Below, piece by piece: positions 20,598 to 32,200 of a DNA stretch of 64,000 nucleotides. Position 1 is the stretch's first letter. Each line of letters begins with the position of its first letter. The notes beneath the pieces are model-generated. The model searched no databases. It was not told where the DNA came from and was given only the letters and a program-made list of their open reading frames with translations. The stretch comes from Clostridia bacterium (GTDB lineage Bacteria > Bacillota > Clostridia > Oscillospirales > CAG-382). The position numbers were made by a program, and so were the translations under genes. The stretch lies in assembly GCA_017560085.1 (NCBI GenBank), contig JAFYPA010000051.1:6918-70917 (forward strand), written 5' to 3'.

Positions 20598-22016
20598 ATG
20601 AGGAAGGAAACTGCTGTCGGAATAATACAGAACTGTCTTGTAGTGTTGCTGTTTCTGGCAATGCTGGTTCAGTGCGTCCTTTATATCAGCTTTACAAGGG
20701 TTTACGACGACAGCACGCTGCCGCCCTTTCCCGAGGGGGAGAAGGAAATCCTTGCAAGCGGCGGCTCCTATGTGAATGATGCGGGCGGTGCATATCTCTT
20801 CCCTTATTTTGTCGCGGGTATATCGGAAAACGGCAGATGCGGCGGAGCATATGAGGATGAGGCGGCATTCGGAGTTATGGGTCTTTTTGCGGAGATTCTT
20901 GAAAATGCTCCCGAAGGCAGTGCGAAGAAAATAAGCTTTTCCGACGATGCGAAGAAATACGCATATCTTGAGGAGCTGTACACCAAAACGGAAGAATGCT
21001 ACTATGTAAAGCTTAAAAGCGGCATAGGCTTTTCCGTGCTTTGTCAGCTTGCCTCGGATACATATTCCGAGCTCCCGCAGAATCCGGATTTCGTTGTGTG
21101 CGATATGTTCCTTGTGAGCGATGCCTGGGGGCAGGCGAGCATTGTTGCCGTGGATTCAAACGGTGATGCGCTTGAAATACGCCCGTCAAAGGGTATTGCC
21201 TTCAATAAGGACTATCTGGAGATGTTCAACAGCACGGATAAGGATCTGTTTGATTTTGTCCGTCTTGAGGTAAACGCCGAAAACGGCAGAAGCTGCTATT
21301 TCCCCGTGTACAGATATACCGTTGCACACAGAAAAATTTTAAAAAGAGAGTTCTCCGATTGCTTTGACATAAGCGACGAACGAGGCGACATCCGTGATTT
21401 CCTCGGCGTATTCGGAATGAACGCGGACAATACAAGAATGTATCGCGCGGCGCGTGACGACGCCATGATTTGCGTTGAGGGTGCAACCACCTTCGAAATC
21501 GCACCGGACGGCGGATTCAGATTTTCCCCCGGGGACGGCGGAGTCAAGATAGATTCCTTCCTCGGCAGAAACGACGGAATGAGCTACGGCTTCTTTGATT
21601 ACTGCTCTGCCGCGGGAAATGTTGCAGAGGCTCTCGATGAAATAATGGAGGGCTCCTGCGCAATGCTTTCGCTTGACGGTATATACTATAACAACGGAGT
21701 ATGTACCTTCCGTTACAGCTATACCGTGGACGGAATCCCTCTGGATTTCGACGGCAGGGATTACGGACTATCACTGAGCTTCAAGGGCGACAGACTCACG
21801 GGTGCTTCGGGCTTTGTGAGTGTTATAAGGGACGGCGGCGAGGTTCGTACCGAGCTTCCGCAAAGAACGGCATACGTGCTTATGGAAAAGACCGAAGGAC
21901 CGATAAGCTATTTCGGTGGGCGCTACGTATTCGGCGAGGACGAGGAAACGGCAGATGTCGGAGTTGTCCGCTGGAGCGTGCTTTCGGAAAATAACAATAA
22001 AGGAGACGTGCAATGA
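20598..22016 (+). CDS. Membrane-anchored extracellular protein, YycH(WalH)-like
   Basis: Single N-terminal TM helix followed by a roughly 440-aa soluble domain with FRYSYTVDGIPL; paired with a YycI-like gene by an overlapping start/stop. Confidence 0.45.
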   Translation: MRKETAVGIIQNCLVVLLFLAMLVQCVLYISFTRVYDDSTLPPFPEGEKEILASGGSYVNDAGGAYLFPYFVAGISENGRCGGAYEDEAAFGVMGLFAEILENAPEGSAKKISFSDDAKKYAYLEELYTKTEECYYVKLKSGIGFSVLCQLASDTYSELPQNPDFVVCDMFLVSDAWGQASIVAVDSNGDALEIRPSKGIAFNKDYLEMFNSTDKDLFDFVRLEVNAENGRSCYFPVYRYTVAHRKILKREFSDCFDISDERGDIRDFLGVFGMNADNTRMYRAARDDAMICVEGATTFEIAPDGGFRFSPGDGGVKIDSFLGRNDGMSYGFFDYCSAAGNVAEALDEIMEGSCAMLSLDGIYYNNGVCTFRYSYTVDGIPLDFDGRDYGLSLSFKGDRLTGASGFVSVIRDGGEVRTELPQRTAYVLMEKTEGPISYFGGRYVFGEDEETADVGVVRWSVLSENNNKGDVQ

Positions 22017-22969
22017 ACTTTTCAAAGGTTAAGCTTGTAGTTTGCATAGGTCTTCTTTTGGTCAACATTGTTTTTGCGTTTATGACGGTAAGGCTTGTCG
22101 GAAATAAGAATTACATCTCCGAGGATGAGGTAATGCTGGCACAGAAGCATCTTGCAAAAAACGGCATCACCTTCATCTTTGACAAGCAGGCAAGAAGACT
22201 TTACGACCTTCCCATATACAGCATTGAAAAATCCGCTTCGGACGGAATTCCCGCAATATACAAAAGGATGACCGAGGTGTTTTTCGATGAGCTCACGGAG
22301 GAATCCGATTATATCAAGACCCCCGACGGATATTCCGTCAGTGTTAAAAACGAAAAGGGAATTCTTGTCGGAACATCCTCACTTCTCGGCGGTAACCGCT
22401 TCGAGTGCTACAGAGAGGATGCGGTCGGCTCAAGGGAAATCCGCGAAATATCAATGCTTCCCTGCGTGCTTGCTCTGTCAAAGGAAAAGAGCGAGCGCAC
22501 AGACCTTGCCTCGAATTATGTGGAAAAGGCACTTCGCGGCAACGGAATAAGATACACCTACTGCGGAGAAAGAGAATACGAGGGCGGAAGCATAGTCAGC
22601 TTCGCGGCTGAGCTTTCCGATACTGCCGTAATGAATCTTTATCTCAATGTTTATGTAAAGAAGAGCAAAATACAGTGCGTTATCGGATGTATTGCCGAGG
22701 GCAATGCAGAGAAAAAGTATGACTGTGATATCATCGACAGCATAGACATACTGTATATGCTCAGAGACGAAATCAGCGAAAAAATCAATTCTCTGACGGT
22801 TGAGAATATACGGATAAATAAAATCCGTATGGTATATAAGCTGTATGGGTACAGCCCGACGGAGGATTACCTTGTACCTACCTGGGTAATCGAGTATACC
22901 GATAAAAACGGCAACGTCGAAACTGTCGCAATGGATGCGGTGACGGGCGAAAATACAGAGTCACTGTAG
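22013..22969 (+). CDS. YycI(WalI)-like membrane-anchored protein
   Basis: MNFSKVK..ICIGLLLVNIVF N-terminal anchor and a C-terminal LVPTWVIEY....VAMDAVTG, typical of YycI/PepSY-like ends. Confidence 0.55.
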   Translation: MNFSKVKLVVCIGLLLVNIVFAFMTVRLVGNKNYISEDEVMLAQKHLAKNGITFIFDKQARRLYDLPIYSIEKSASDGIPAIYKRMTEVFFDELTEESDYIKTPDGYSVSVKNEKGILVGTSSLLGGNRFECYREDAVGSREIREISMLPCVLALSKEKSERTDLASNYVEKALRGNGIRYTYCGEREYEGGSIVSFAAELSDTAVMNLYLNVYVKKSKIQCVIGCIAEGNAEKKYDCDIIDSIDILYMLRDEISEKINSLTVENIRINKIRMVYKLYGYSPTEDYLVPTWVIEYTDKNGNVETVAMDAVTGENTESL

Positions 22970-23030
22970 GCGGCTTCGGCCTTATTAAGCAGCGTTTGGT
23001 TCGCTGTATTGAAAGGAATGAGTACAGAGT

Positions 23031-24305
23031 ATGGAGAGATTTGTAGTAAATGGCGGAAAACCGCTGTGCGGCAGCATAGAGGTCGGCGGAATGAAAAACG
23101 CCGCGGTCGCAATTATTTTTGCTACAATACTTAACGAGGATGAATGTATAATCAGAAACCTCCCGGACATCAGCGATGTGTCCGACGGCTTCGCAATACT
23201 TGAACAGATGGGTGCCGACGTTGAAAGACTCGACAGAAACACCTACAGAGTAAATACAAAAAATGTAGTCTGCGGTTCTTCTCCCTATGAACTTGTAAGA
23301 AAGATGCGTGCATCCTATTACATTCTCGGTGCAGAGCTTGGCAGATTCGGAAGAGCACACACAGCATTCCCCGGCGGATGCGACTTCGGTGTGCGTCCCA
23401 TTGACCAGCACATAAAGGGCTTCAGAGCACTCGGTGCCGATGTTACCACGGTGGAAAGCGAAAAGAGCTACATCGAATGCACAACAGAGAGCGGCCTTGA
23501 GGGAGCTACAGTCTATATGGATGTTGTTTCCGTTGGTGCCACAATAAACATAATGCTTGCGGCATCCCGTGCAAACGGCGTTACCGTAATTGAAAACGCC
23601 GCAAGAGAGCCTCACATAGTTGACCTTGCAAACTTCCTTAACGCTTCGGGAGCTATGATTTCCGGCGCGGGCACGGATACAATCAAAATCAAGGGCGTGG
23701 AAAAGCTCAGAGGCACAGACTACACTATAATTCCCGATATGATAGAGGCGGGCACCTATATGATTGCCGCAGCGGCAACCGGCGGTGACCTTACTATCAC
23801 AAACGTTATCCCCAAGCACCTTGATTCCGTTTCCGCAAAGCTTATTGATATGGGCGTTGAGGTTGAGGAATTCGATGAGGCTGTAAGAGTAAAGTCCACG
23901 GGCAAGCTCGAGGCAATCGAGGTAAAGACCCTTCCTTACCCCGGATTCCCTACGGATATGAATCCTCAGATGGGCGTGCTTATGTGCCTTGCTACAGGCA
24001 ACAGCGTTATGCGCGAGGGCGTGTGGGACAGCAGATTCAGATATGTCGAGGAGCTGAAGCTTATGGGCGCTGATATCCAGGTCGACCAGAGCGGTAAGGC
24101 GGCTACCTTCAAGGGCGTGGAAAATCTTGTCGGTGCACATGTAAGAGCGGTGGACCTTCGTGCGGGCGCGGCGGTAATCGTTGCGGGACTTGCGGCGAAG
24201 GGCACAACGGAAATCACACAGATTCATCACATCCTTCGCGGATACGAAAATATTACGGAAAAGCTCAGGGGAGTAGGAGCGGAAATTATCCTTATTCCCG
24301 ACTGA
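23031..24305 (+). CDS. murA: UDP-N-acetylglucosamine 1-carboxyvinyltransferase
   Basis: GMKNAAV, MRASYYILGA, PGGCDFGVRPIDQH, SVGATINIM, YPGFPTDM, DLRAGAA. Confidence 0.97.
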   Translation: MERFVVNGGKPLCGSIEVGGMKNAAVAIIFATILNEDECIIRNLPDISDVSDGFAILEQMGADVERLDRNTYRVNTKNVVCGSSPYELVRKMRASYYILGAELGRFGRAHTAFPGGCDFGVRPIDQHIKGFRALGADVTTVESEKSYIECTTESGLEGATVYMDVVSVGATINIMLAASRANGVTVIENAAREPHIVDLANFLNASGAMISGAGTDTIKIKGVEKLRGTDYTIIPDMIEAGTYMIAAAATGGDLTITNVIPKHLDSVSAKLIDMGVEVEEFDEAVRVKSTGKLEAIEVKTLPYPGFPTDMNPQMGVLMCLATGNSVMREGVWDSRFRYVEELKLMGADIQVDQSGKAATFKGVENLVGAHVRAVDLRAGAAVIVAGLAAKGTTEITQIHHILRGYENITEKLRGVGAEIILIPD

Positions 24306-24319
24306 TATTCAATGCTTAC

Positions 24320-24354
24320 GGGAGTCACAAATTGTGTGGCTCCCGCCGTTTTTT
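24320..24354 (+). terminator. Intrinsic terminator after murA
   Basis: Stem GGGAGTCAC/GTGGCTCCC followed by a T-tract. Confidence 0.65.
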
Positions 24355-24364
24355 ATTATAATAA

Positions 24365-24376
24365 GAATATGTGTTC
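24365..24376. promoter_or_regulatory. Putative LexA (SOS) box upstream of recA
   Basis: GAAT-ATGT-GTTC is one mismatch from the Firmicutes GAAC-N4-GTTC consensus and sits upstream of the recA promoter. Confidence 0.55.
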
Positions 24377-24413
24377 GACACAAATGTTTTCATAATTGTT
24401 CATTAAATCTGCA

Positions 24414-24442
24414 TTGTATTTGATGATGGAAAATTATATAAT
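24414..24442 (+). promoter_or_regulatory. Sigma-A promoter of recA
   Basis: TTGTAT-17 nt-TATAAT. Confidence 0.65.
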
Positions 24443-24500
24443 AAATACATAAATCGGTTAATAATCGTAAATTTATTTTTTATATACGGAGGACGAAGAA

Positions 24501-25613
24501 ATGGCTAAGGATACAAAGCCGAAGAAGGCAGCCCCCGAAGAGGTTACAGGGGAAGAAAATAAGAAAAAGGCACTTGATACCACAATTGCAAAAATAGAAA
24601 AAGACTACGGTAAGGGCGCAATCATGAAGCTTGGCGAAAACAGCAACATGAATGTAAGCGCGGTTTCCACAGGCTCACTCACACTTGACCTTGCTCTCGG
24701 TATAGGCGGTGTGCCGAAGGGCAGAATCATTGAAATCTACGGACCGGAATCCTCGGGTAAGACAACGGTTGCACTTCATGTTATCGCAGAGGTGCAGAAG
24801 CAGGGCGGCGAGGCAGCGTTCATTGACGCAGAGCACGCTCTTGACCCCGTTTACGCAAAGGCTCTCGGCATCAACATCGACGAGCTTCTCGTTTCACAGC
24901 CCGACTACGGCGAGCAGGCTCTTGAAATCACAGAGGCTCTTGTTCGCTCAGGCGCTATCGATGTTGTTGTAGTTGACTCTGTTGCGGCGCTTGTTCCCAG
25001 AGCGGAAATCGACGGCGAAATGGGTGACTCCCACGTGGGTCTTCAGGCGAGACTTATGTCTCAGGCTCTCCGTAAGCTCTCCGGCTCTATTTCAAAGTCC
25101 AACTGTACAGTTATCTTTATAAATCAGCTCCGTCAGAAGGTGGGTGTTCTTTACGGTAACCCCGAAACAACTCCCGGCGGTGTTGCTCTTAAGTACTATG
25201 CTTCCGTAAGAATTGACATAAGAAGAAGCGAGCAGATTAAGGACGGTGCCGAGGTTACCGGTAACCACACCAAGTGTAAGGTCGTAAAGAACAAGGTGGC
25301 TCCTCCCTTCAGAACAGCGGAATTCGATATTCTCTACGGCAAGGGAATCTCCAAGGAAAGCGAGCTTATCGACGTTGGTATTCAGCTTGATATCATCCAG
25401 AAGAGCGGCTCGTGGCTCTCTTATAACGGCGACAGACTCGGTCAGGGCAGAGATAAGGTAAGAGACCTCCTTTCCGAAAACAAGGCTCTTGCAGAGGAAA
25501 TCGAAGCAAAGATCAGAAAGGCATTTGCCGAATCCAACGGTGAAATTCTCGACAATATCGGAGAAGAAGAGGAAGAGGACGGACTCGTAATTACCGAATC
25601 CTTTGAAGAATAA
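24501..25613 (+). CDS. recA: Recombinase RecA
   Basis: [51 protein letters not shown]. Confidence 0.99.
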   Translation: MAKDTKPKKAAPEEVTGEENKKKALDTTIAKIEKDYGKGAIMKLGENSNMNVSAVSTGSLTLDLALGIGGVPKGRIIEIYGPESSGKTTVALHVIAEVQKQGGEAAFIDAEHALDPVYAKALGINIDELLVSQPDYGEQALEITEALVRSGAIDVVVVDSVAALVPRAEIDGEMGDSHVGLQARLMSQALRKLSGSISKSNCTVIFINQLRQKVGVLYGNPETTPGGVALKYYASVRIDIRRSEQIKDGAEVTGNHTKCKVVKNKVAPPFRTAEFDILYGKGISKESELIDVGIQLDIIQKSGSWLSYNGDRLGQGRDKVRDLLSENKALAEEIEAKIRKAFAESNGEILDNIGEEEEEDGLVITESFEE

Positions 25614-26251
25614 TGCTTATAACAAAAATATATCGCTCGGAGGGCGGCAACGAATACACGGTAGTTGACGAAGCACGGGCGAAATATACCTTGTCCGCAG
25701 GAGACTTCAAGCGCATCGGAATCGCATTTTCCGACAATGACGACGATTATCCGATAGAGCTTCCCGATAACTTCAGGGAGCATCTTGACGAAGCCTCGCA
25801 GAAGCTCAGATGTGTAAAATACCTTCAGTGGTATATTACCTCCTACGGTGAAAAAAGCATAAAAAGACTTAAGGAAAAATGCCGTGAAAACGACTATTCC
25901 GAGGAGTGTGCCGAGGAGGCGATAGAGCTTCTTTGCGAATTCTCCGTGATAAACGAGGTCGCCGCCTGCGAGCGAAGAATCGGTGCCTATGCCCGTGAAA
26001 AGCTTTACGGCAAGTACCGAATCCGTCAGGAGCTTTCCGCCAAGGGCTATATGCGTGAAAGCATAGACAGAGCCTTTGAGGAGTGCGAGGTAGACTTCTA
26101 CGAAAACGCCGCAAAAATGTACGCAAAGCTTACAAAAAACGGCACTCCGACGGACTTTCGCGAGAAAAAGAAGCTTGCGGATAAGCTTGTCAGATACGGC
26201 TATTCCTATGACGAAATAAAATATGCGTCCTCCGTGGAGTTTGAGGACTGA
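25613..26251 (+). CDS. recX: Regulatory protein RecX
   Basis: Translationally coupled to recA; KLYGKYRIRQELSAKG and KKLADKLVRYGYSYDEIK are RecX-like repeats. Confidence 0.85.
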   Translation: MLITKIYRSEGGNEYTVVDEARAKYTLSAGDFKRIGIAFSDNDDDYPIELPDNFREHLDEASQKLRCVKYLQWYITSYGEKSIKRLKEKCRENDYSEECAEEAIELLCEFSVINEVAACERRIGAYAREKLYGKYRIRQELSAKGYMRESIDRAFEECEVDFYENAAKMYAKLTKNGTPTDFREKKKLADKLVRYGYSYDEIKYASSVEFED

Positions 26252-26350
26252 AGAAAAACGGTGTATCGGAATTTTCAAAGAGGGAATACTCTTTGTGTAC
26301 AGTTTTGATACACTGTCTTTTTGATAAAAGGAAAGGACAGAACACAACAG

Positions 26351-27580
26351 ATGAAATCAGAACGAAAATTTCCCGGTGTGAAAATCACAAAGAAAGCGGA
26401 AATGTCAATAAAGAACGGTCATCCGTGGGTTTACGGTGAGGAAATCACAGAGGGCGCAGAGGATATCGTCGGCTCTCTGTATGCGGATGTTTTCTCGCAG
26501 AAGGGCTCTTATCTCGGTACGGGCTTTGTCAGCGAAAAGAGCAAAATCCGTATAAGAATCCTCTCGGATAATGCCAACGAGAGCTTCGGAAATGCCTTTT
26601 TCGAAAGACGCGTAAAGTACGCCGTTGACTACAGAAAAACGGTTATGGGCGAGGATTTCTCCGCCTGCCGTCTTATTTTCGGTGAGGCTGACGGATTCCC
26701 CGGACTTACCGTTGACAGATTCAATAATATACTTGTTGCTCAGGTGCTTTCCTACGGTACGGAGCAGGTCAAGGGTGTAATTTTCGATTATCTCATAAAG
26801 TATCTTCGCGAAAACGGAGAGGTTATTGACGGACTTTACGAGCGAAACGACGTTGCAATCCGTGAGCTTGAGGGACTGGCACAGTATAAGGGCTGGTACG
26901 AAACACCCCTTTGCAACCATCCGAGCGAAACCTCAACGGAATTTACCGAAAACGGAATAAAGTATACCGTAGACTTCGAAAACGGTCAGAAGACGGGCTT
27001 TTTCCTTGACCAGAAGTACAACAGACGCGCCGTTGCAAAAATCGCCAAGGGCAAGACCGTGCTCGACTGCTTTACTCATACGGGCTCATTCGCGCTGAAT
27101 GCCGCAATGGGTGGAGCACAGCATGTTACCGCGGTTGATATTTCCGAGAGTGCCTGCGCAATGGCAAGAAAAAATGCCGAAGCAAACGGACTCGACCCGA
27201 GAATGGACTTCCTTGCGGCGGATGTTTTCGACCTTCTCACCGACCTTTCCGAAAAGGGAAAATCACCCTATGACTTCATAATCCTCGATCCTCCCGCATT
27301 TACCAAGAGCAGAAAGACCGTGAAAAATGCGGAGAGAGGCTACAAGGAAATAAACTACAAGGCGATGAAGCTTCTGCCCCGAGGCGGCTATCTTGCAACC
27401 TGCTCCTGCTCCCACTTTATGAAGGACGAGCTGTTTGTAAAAATGCTGTTTTCGGCAGCAAAGGATGCGGGCGTACAGCTCAAGCAGATAGAAGCAAGAC
27501 AGCAGTGCTGTGACCATCCCATACTCTGGAGTGTCCCCGAGACTGATTATCTTAAGTTTTATATTTTTCAGATAGTTTAA
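26351..27580 (+). CDS. RlmI/YwbD-family SAM-dependent rRNA methyltransferase
   Basis: PUA-like GHPWVY, GQKTGFFLDQ, VLDCFTHTGSF, IILDPPAF, TCSCS. Confidence 0.92.
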   Translation: MKSERKFPGVKITKKAEMSIKNGHPWVYGEEITEGAEDIVGSLYADVFSQKGSYLGTGFVSEKSKIRIRILSDNANESFGNAFFERRVKYAVDYRKTVMGEDFSACRLIFGEADGFPGLTVDRFNNILVAQVLSYGTEQVKGVIFDYLIKYLRENGEVIDGLYERNDVAIRELEGLAQYKGWYETPLCNHPSETSTEFTENGIKYTVDFENGQKTGFFLDQKYNRRAVAKIAKGKTVLDCFTHTGSFALNAAMGGAQHVTAVDISESACAMARKNAEANGLDPRMDFLAADVFDLLTDLSEKGKSPYDFIILDPPAFTKSRKTVKNAERGYKEINYKAMKLLPRGGYLATCSCSHFMKDELFVKMLFSAAKDAGVQLKQIEARQQCCDHPILWSVPETDYLKFYIFQIV

Positions 27581-27632
27581 AGAGTGCTTTTTTGCATAAA
27601 ATGACGAAAATATTTAAAATATAAAAAAGCTA

Positions 27633-27661
27633 TTGAAAAAGCATTCTTTATATGATATAAT
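27633..27661 (+). promoter_or_regulatory. Sigma-A promoter
   Basis: TTGAAA-17 nt-TATAAT with an extended TG. Confidence 0.7.
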
Positions 27662-27713
27662 AAACAAGTTATTATTATATGCCTATAATGGCTAAGGAAT
27701 GGAGTACCTCAAT

Positions 27714-29198
27714 ATGAAAATCGGATTTGACAACGATAAATACGTCGAGCTGCAATCTAAGAATATTCTTGAGAGAATAGCAAAGTTCGGAGGAAAGCTG
27801 TACCTTGAATTCGGAGGTAAGCTTTTTGACGACCTTCACGCCGCAAGGGTTCTTCCCGGCTTTGCACCCGATGCAAAGGTAAGACTTCTTCAGACAATGA
27901 AGGATCAGACGGAAATTATCGTTACCATAAATGCCGCAGACATCGAAAAGAAGAAAATTCGTGCGGACTTCGGTATTTCCTACGATATGGACGTGCTCCG
28001 TCTTATTGACAATCTCCGTTCTCTCGATATATATGTAAGCGCAATCGTTGTTACGCAGTACACGGGTCAGCCCTCAGCCGATATCTTCAGAAAGAAGCTT
28101 GAAAGAAGAGGGGAGAGAGTATACTTCCACAAGATGATTGCGGGCTATCCCAACAATGTTGACACCATAGTTTCCGATGAGGGCTACGGTGCGAATCCTT
28201 ATGTTGAAACCACAAGACCTCTTGTTGTTATAACAGCACCCGGTCCCGGAAGCGGAAAGCTTGCAACCTGCCTTTCACAGATGTACCACGACCATAAGAG
28301 AGGTATAAATGCGGGCTACGCAAAGTTTGAAACCTTCCCGATATGGAATATTCCGCTCAAGCACCCCGTAAACCTCGCATACGAATCCGCAACCTGCGAC
28401 CTTCGTGACGTCAATATGATTGACCCCTATCACCTTGAGGCATACGGTCAGACAACGGTTAACTACAACAGAGACGTTGAGGCGTTCCCCGTTGTAAAGA
28501 CAATCATTTCAAAAATCACGGGCGATGACAACCTTTACCGTTCACCCACAGATATGGGCGTTAATATGGCAGGTCTTGCCATCTGTGACGATGAAGTCGT
28601 AAGAAATGCCGCAAAGCAGGAAATCATAAGACGTTCCTACAAGGCGTGGTGCGATTATAAGAACGGACTTGTCGACATAGAGGTTGCCCACAGAGCCGAG
28701 GCTCTTTTGCAGGAGGCGGGAATTACCGTAGCAGAACGCCCCGTAGTTGCGGCGGCACTCAAAAAGACAGAGGAAAGCGGAGTTCAGGCAATCGCAATCC
28801 AGCTTGACGACGGCAAGATTGTTACCGGTAAATCCGGCGATATGCTCGGTGCACCTGCGGCGGCTGTCATAAACGCAATAAAGTATCTTGCGGGCATCAA
28901 GGACGAAATGCTTCTTATTTCTCCCGTTATTCTTGAGCCGATAAGAAATATGAAGAAGAACACCCTCGGCAGAAATGTAACAAAGCTGAATCTCGAGGAA
29001 GCACTTATCGCTATGAGCATCTGCGCGGCTACCAACCCTATGGTTGAGGAAGCCCTCAAGCAGCTTGAAAAGCTCAAGTACACCGAGGCACACTACACCA
29101 AGATGCTTAACCCCCAGGACGAAATTACATTCAGAAAGCTCAACATAAATATTACCTGCGAGCCTGAATTTATGTCCAAGAATCTCTACAATCAATAA
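27714..29198 (+). CDS. DUF1846 (UPF0371) family protein
   Basis: MKIGFDNDKY, KLYLEFGGKLFDDLHAARVLPGF, APGPGSGKLATCLSQ, YAKFETFP. Confidence 0.93.
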   Translation: MKIGFDNDKYVELQSKNILERIAKFGGKLYLEFGGKLFDDLHAARVLPGFAPDAKVRLLQTMKDQTEIIVTINAADIEKKKIRADFGISYDMDVLRLIDNLRSLDIYVSAIVVTQYTGQPSADIFRKKLERRGERVYFHKMIAGYPNNVDTIVSDEGYGANPYVETTRPLVVITAPGPGSGKLATCLSQMYHDHKRGINAGYAKFETFPIWNIPLKHPVNLAYESATCDLRDVNMIDPYHLEAYGQTTVNYNRDVEAFPVVKTIISKITGDDNLYRSPTDMGVNMAGLAICDDEVVRNAAKQEIIRRSYKAWCDYKNGLVDIEVAHRAEALLQEAGITVAERPVVAAALKKTEESGVQAIAIQLDDGKIVTGKSGDMLGAPAAAVINAIKYLAGIKDEMLLISPVILEPIRNMKKNTLGRNVTKLNLEEALIAMSICAATNPMVEEALKQLEKLKYTEAHYTKMLNPQDEITFRKLNINITCEPEFMSKNLYNQ

Positions 29199-29204
29199 AA
29201 ATAT

Positions 29205-29236
29205 GAGCTGTACGAAAATTCCGTACAGCTCTTTTC
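29205..29236. terminator. Bidirectional terminator between convergent genes
   Basis: GAGCTGTACG/CGTACAGCTC stem, with A-rich and T-rich flanks. Confidence 0.75.
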
Positions 29237-29242
29237 TTTGCG

Positions 29243-32200
29243 TTAAATTTTGATTTCAACCTCTCTTGAAAGGGCAAAGGAGTAAAGGTAAACCTTGGAA
29301 ACGGTCTTTGCGGTGATTTCCTCAACGGCACGCTTGTAGTAGCGAAGCTGCTCCGTGTGACGGTTACGAAGAATTTCCTCACCGTCCGCCTCCCTTACGT
29401 TGTCCGTCTTGAAGTCCACAAGAGTAAGTGTCCCGTCGGGATTTTCAAAGTAAAGGTCGGATACTCCCTGAACAAGAATGAACTCATCCTTTAGTCTTTC
29501 GTCGTATTTCTCCGTAAACTCCGATGCGGGAAGCTTCAGATTGAAGCGTCTTTCACGGTAGAGCTTGGGAGCGTTCTTCATCATACCGAAGAGCTTGCTT
29601 CCTACGAAGGCATCAAGAGGCTCGGTGTCAAGAATTCTGTGCATTCTTGCGGTTATAAAGCCGAGGGAGAGAAGTCTGTCCGCCTCGCTCTGTGAACCCT
29701 TTTCGGAAAGCCTGTCGAAGTCGGCAAACTGCATAAAGGTGTGTGCCGCAGTACCCTTTTCGGCGGCGTCCGCCTCTGCTTTGTCAAGCATAAAGCTTGG
29801 CTTTTTCTTTACAGTAACCTTCATTCCGAGAGTCTGCTCCTCATCAAGCAAGCCCTTTTTGAGTCTGGAAACCGAAAGCTTTGCGGAGATTTTTGAAAGG
29901 GCGCTGGAATAGTGTCCGTTCTTTTTAGCCTCGGAAATTGCTCTTGAATAGGCGTCTATCTTTGTGCTGTCAAGCTCGGGAGCCTTCCGCTCTGCCTCGT
30001 CCTTCGCCGCCTTCTTTTTGAGAATGGAGTTTGATACATCTGCGGTGAAGCACTTGAAGGCTCCGTCATAGACTTCGGCTTCAGCCTTTTGCATATCCGA
30101 AAATTCCTTGTCGGTCAGTGCGTGATACAGAAAATCAAAATAGCACATTGCATACTTTCCGTAGGATTCAAAGCCACCCTCACGGCGGATACCTGCGTTT
30201 CCGAAGGTCTTTTCCTTGTCCTTCGTGTTTGCCACAAGAATAAGACGGTCTCTCGCGCGGGTCATCGCAACATAAAGAAGCCTCTTTTCCTCCTCAAGCA
30301 TAAGAGCACGCTCACCGCCTCTTATAGCCTCCCTGAAGGGGGTGTTGATAGAGGAGAAGTTACGCCTTGTCTCTGTGATTCCTGAGTCCTCCGTGTCGCG
30401 CAGCTTTACGCCTATGCCGTACTTCGAGCTGAATATAATCGGCTCCCGCTCGTCGGCAAGATTGAATTCACGCATAAGACCGCCAACGAACACAACGGGA
30501 AATTCAAGACCCTTGGAGCGGTGTATGCTCATAAATTTTACACTGTCCGTCTTTGCATCAGGTCTCGAGCCCGAATCCCCCTGCGAGAGGTCGACAAGAT
30601 AGTCGAGAATGGCGGAAAGTCCTCTGAAGGAGGTCTTTTCAAAGGTGCGTGCCATCTCGTAAAGCTTTCTGACGTTTTTCCTCTTTTCGGGACTGCTGTT
30701 GTAAATATCGTACATTCCGAGCTCCTCGAACATTTCCGCTACGAGAATGTCCGTGGGAGTACCTCTTGACCTGCTTCTGAATCGGGACAGCGTTTCAAGA
30801 AAGGCGCATACCTTGTCCTTGAGCTCTCCGTCCTCTGCATTTTCGGCATAAAGCGAGACACTGCCGAAGAAGGATGTTTTTCTGTCAGTGCATCTTATAA
30901 TCGCAAGGTCGTCTGCGGTAAAGCCGAAGAGGGGAGAGTACATAAGTCCCGCCGTGTAAATATCCCTTTGCGGATTGTCCACACAGTTGAAAAGACACAT
31001 CGCAAGAAGCACCTCGGGAAGCTTGAAGAAGTCCTCGGGAGTGTCGCTGGTGAAGGGCACTCTCATCTTGCGGAATGCACGCCTGAAGGGGTCGGAAAGG
31101 GAGTTTGCACTTCTCTCAAGCACCGCAAAATCCGAATAGCGGTACATTTCGCCCTTCTCGTTGCGGTATTCGGGATTGTAAGCCATCTCACGGATTCTGG
31201 AGGCTATGTAGAATGCCTCATCGGGCAGAGTCTCCTCCGTTGCCGCCTCCTCGTCGGGGACGGAATTGAGTACAACAAGCTCCGTGGGAGCATTTACCTT
31301 TGTTGTCTCGTGCTTTGAATATATAAGACTGTCATCCTCCGTGTAGTCGTCCATAATTCTGAAGAAAACCTGATTTGTGGAGCGGATGACATTTTCCGAG
31401 CAACGGAAATTGTTGGAAAGATACAGCTTGTGGGTGGTAAATTCACCGTTTACATCACCGCCTACATCGGAAAACATTCTGATGTAGGAGCTGAAGATTT
31501 CGGGCTGTGCACCTCTGAAGCGGTAAATACTCTGCTTTACGTCGCCTACAAGGAAGCGGTTGGTCTCCGTGCCCTTTTCCTTGTCGTAGGTGGAAACCGC
31601 ACGGAAAATCATATCCTGAACATCGTTGGTGTCCTGGTATTCGTCTATGTAAATTTCCTTGTAGTTTGCGGATATAACCTCGGCAAGAGCCGTTCTTCTG
31701 AACTCGCCCGAGAATTCGCCCGTGTCCTCCACAAGAAGCTTCAGTGTGTACTGCTCAAGGTCGGAAAAGTCGAGTATTCCCTGCTCAAGCTTTCTTCTTG
31801 AAAATTCCGAGTCAAGCTCCGTAAGCAACGAATAAATCTCCTCAAGCACCTCACGGCTTTCCCTTGCCGCCTGCTTTACGATGCACTCGTCGGCACCCAG
31901 GTACTTTGTAAACATCGCCGACACCTTTTTGTTACTGTCCGAGCGAATGTCCTTGAGGCTGTCGATGTAATCCGAGCAGTCGCATTCCTTCGGCTTTCTC
32001 TTGCAGGTTGCCGCCTTGAAGGTGCTCGCCGCATTCCTTGTAGCCGTGTAGCCCTCGGAGAGAGCCGCCTTTACGCTTTTTATTGACTCGATATCGTGAA
32101 GGATTGCATCGTGAAGCACGGTGTATGCATCCGGCTCAAGCTCTGCTCTTGTGTCAACGCACTCGAGGTCGGCTACCGCCTTGTCAAGCTCGTAGCTGAT

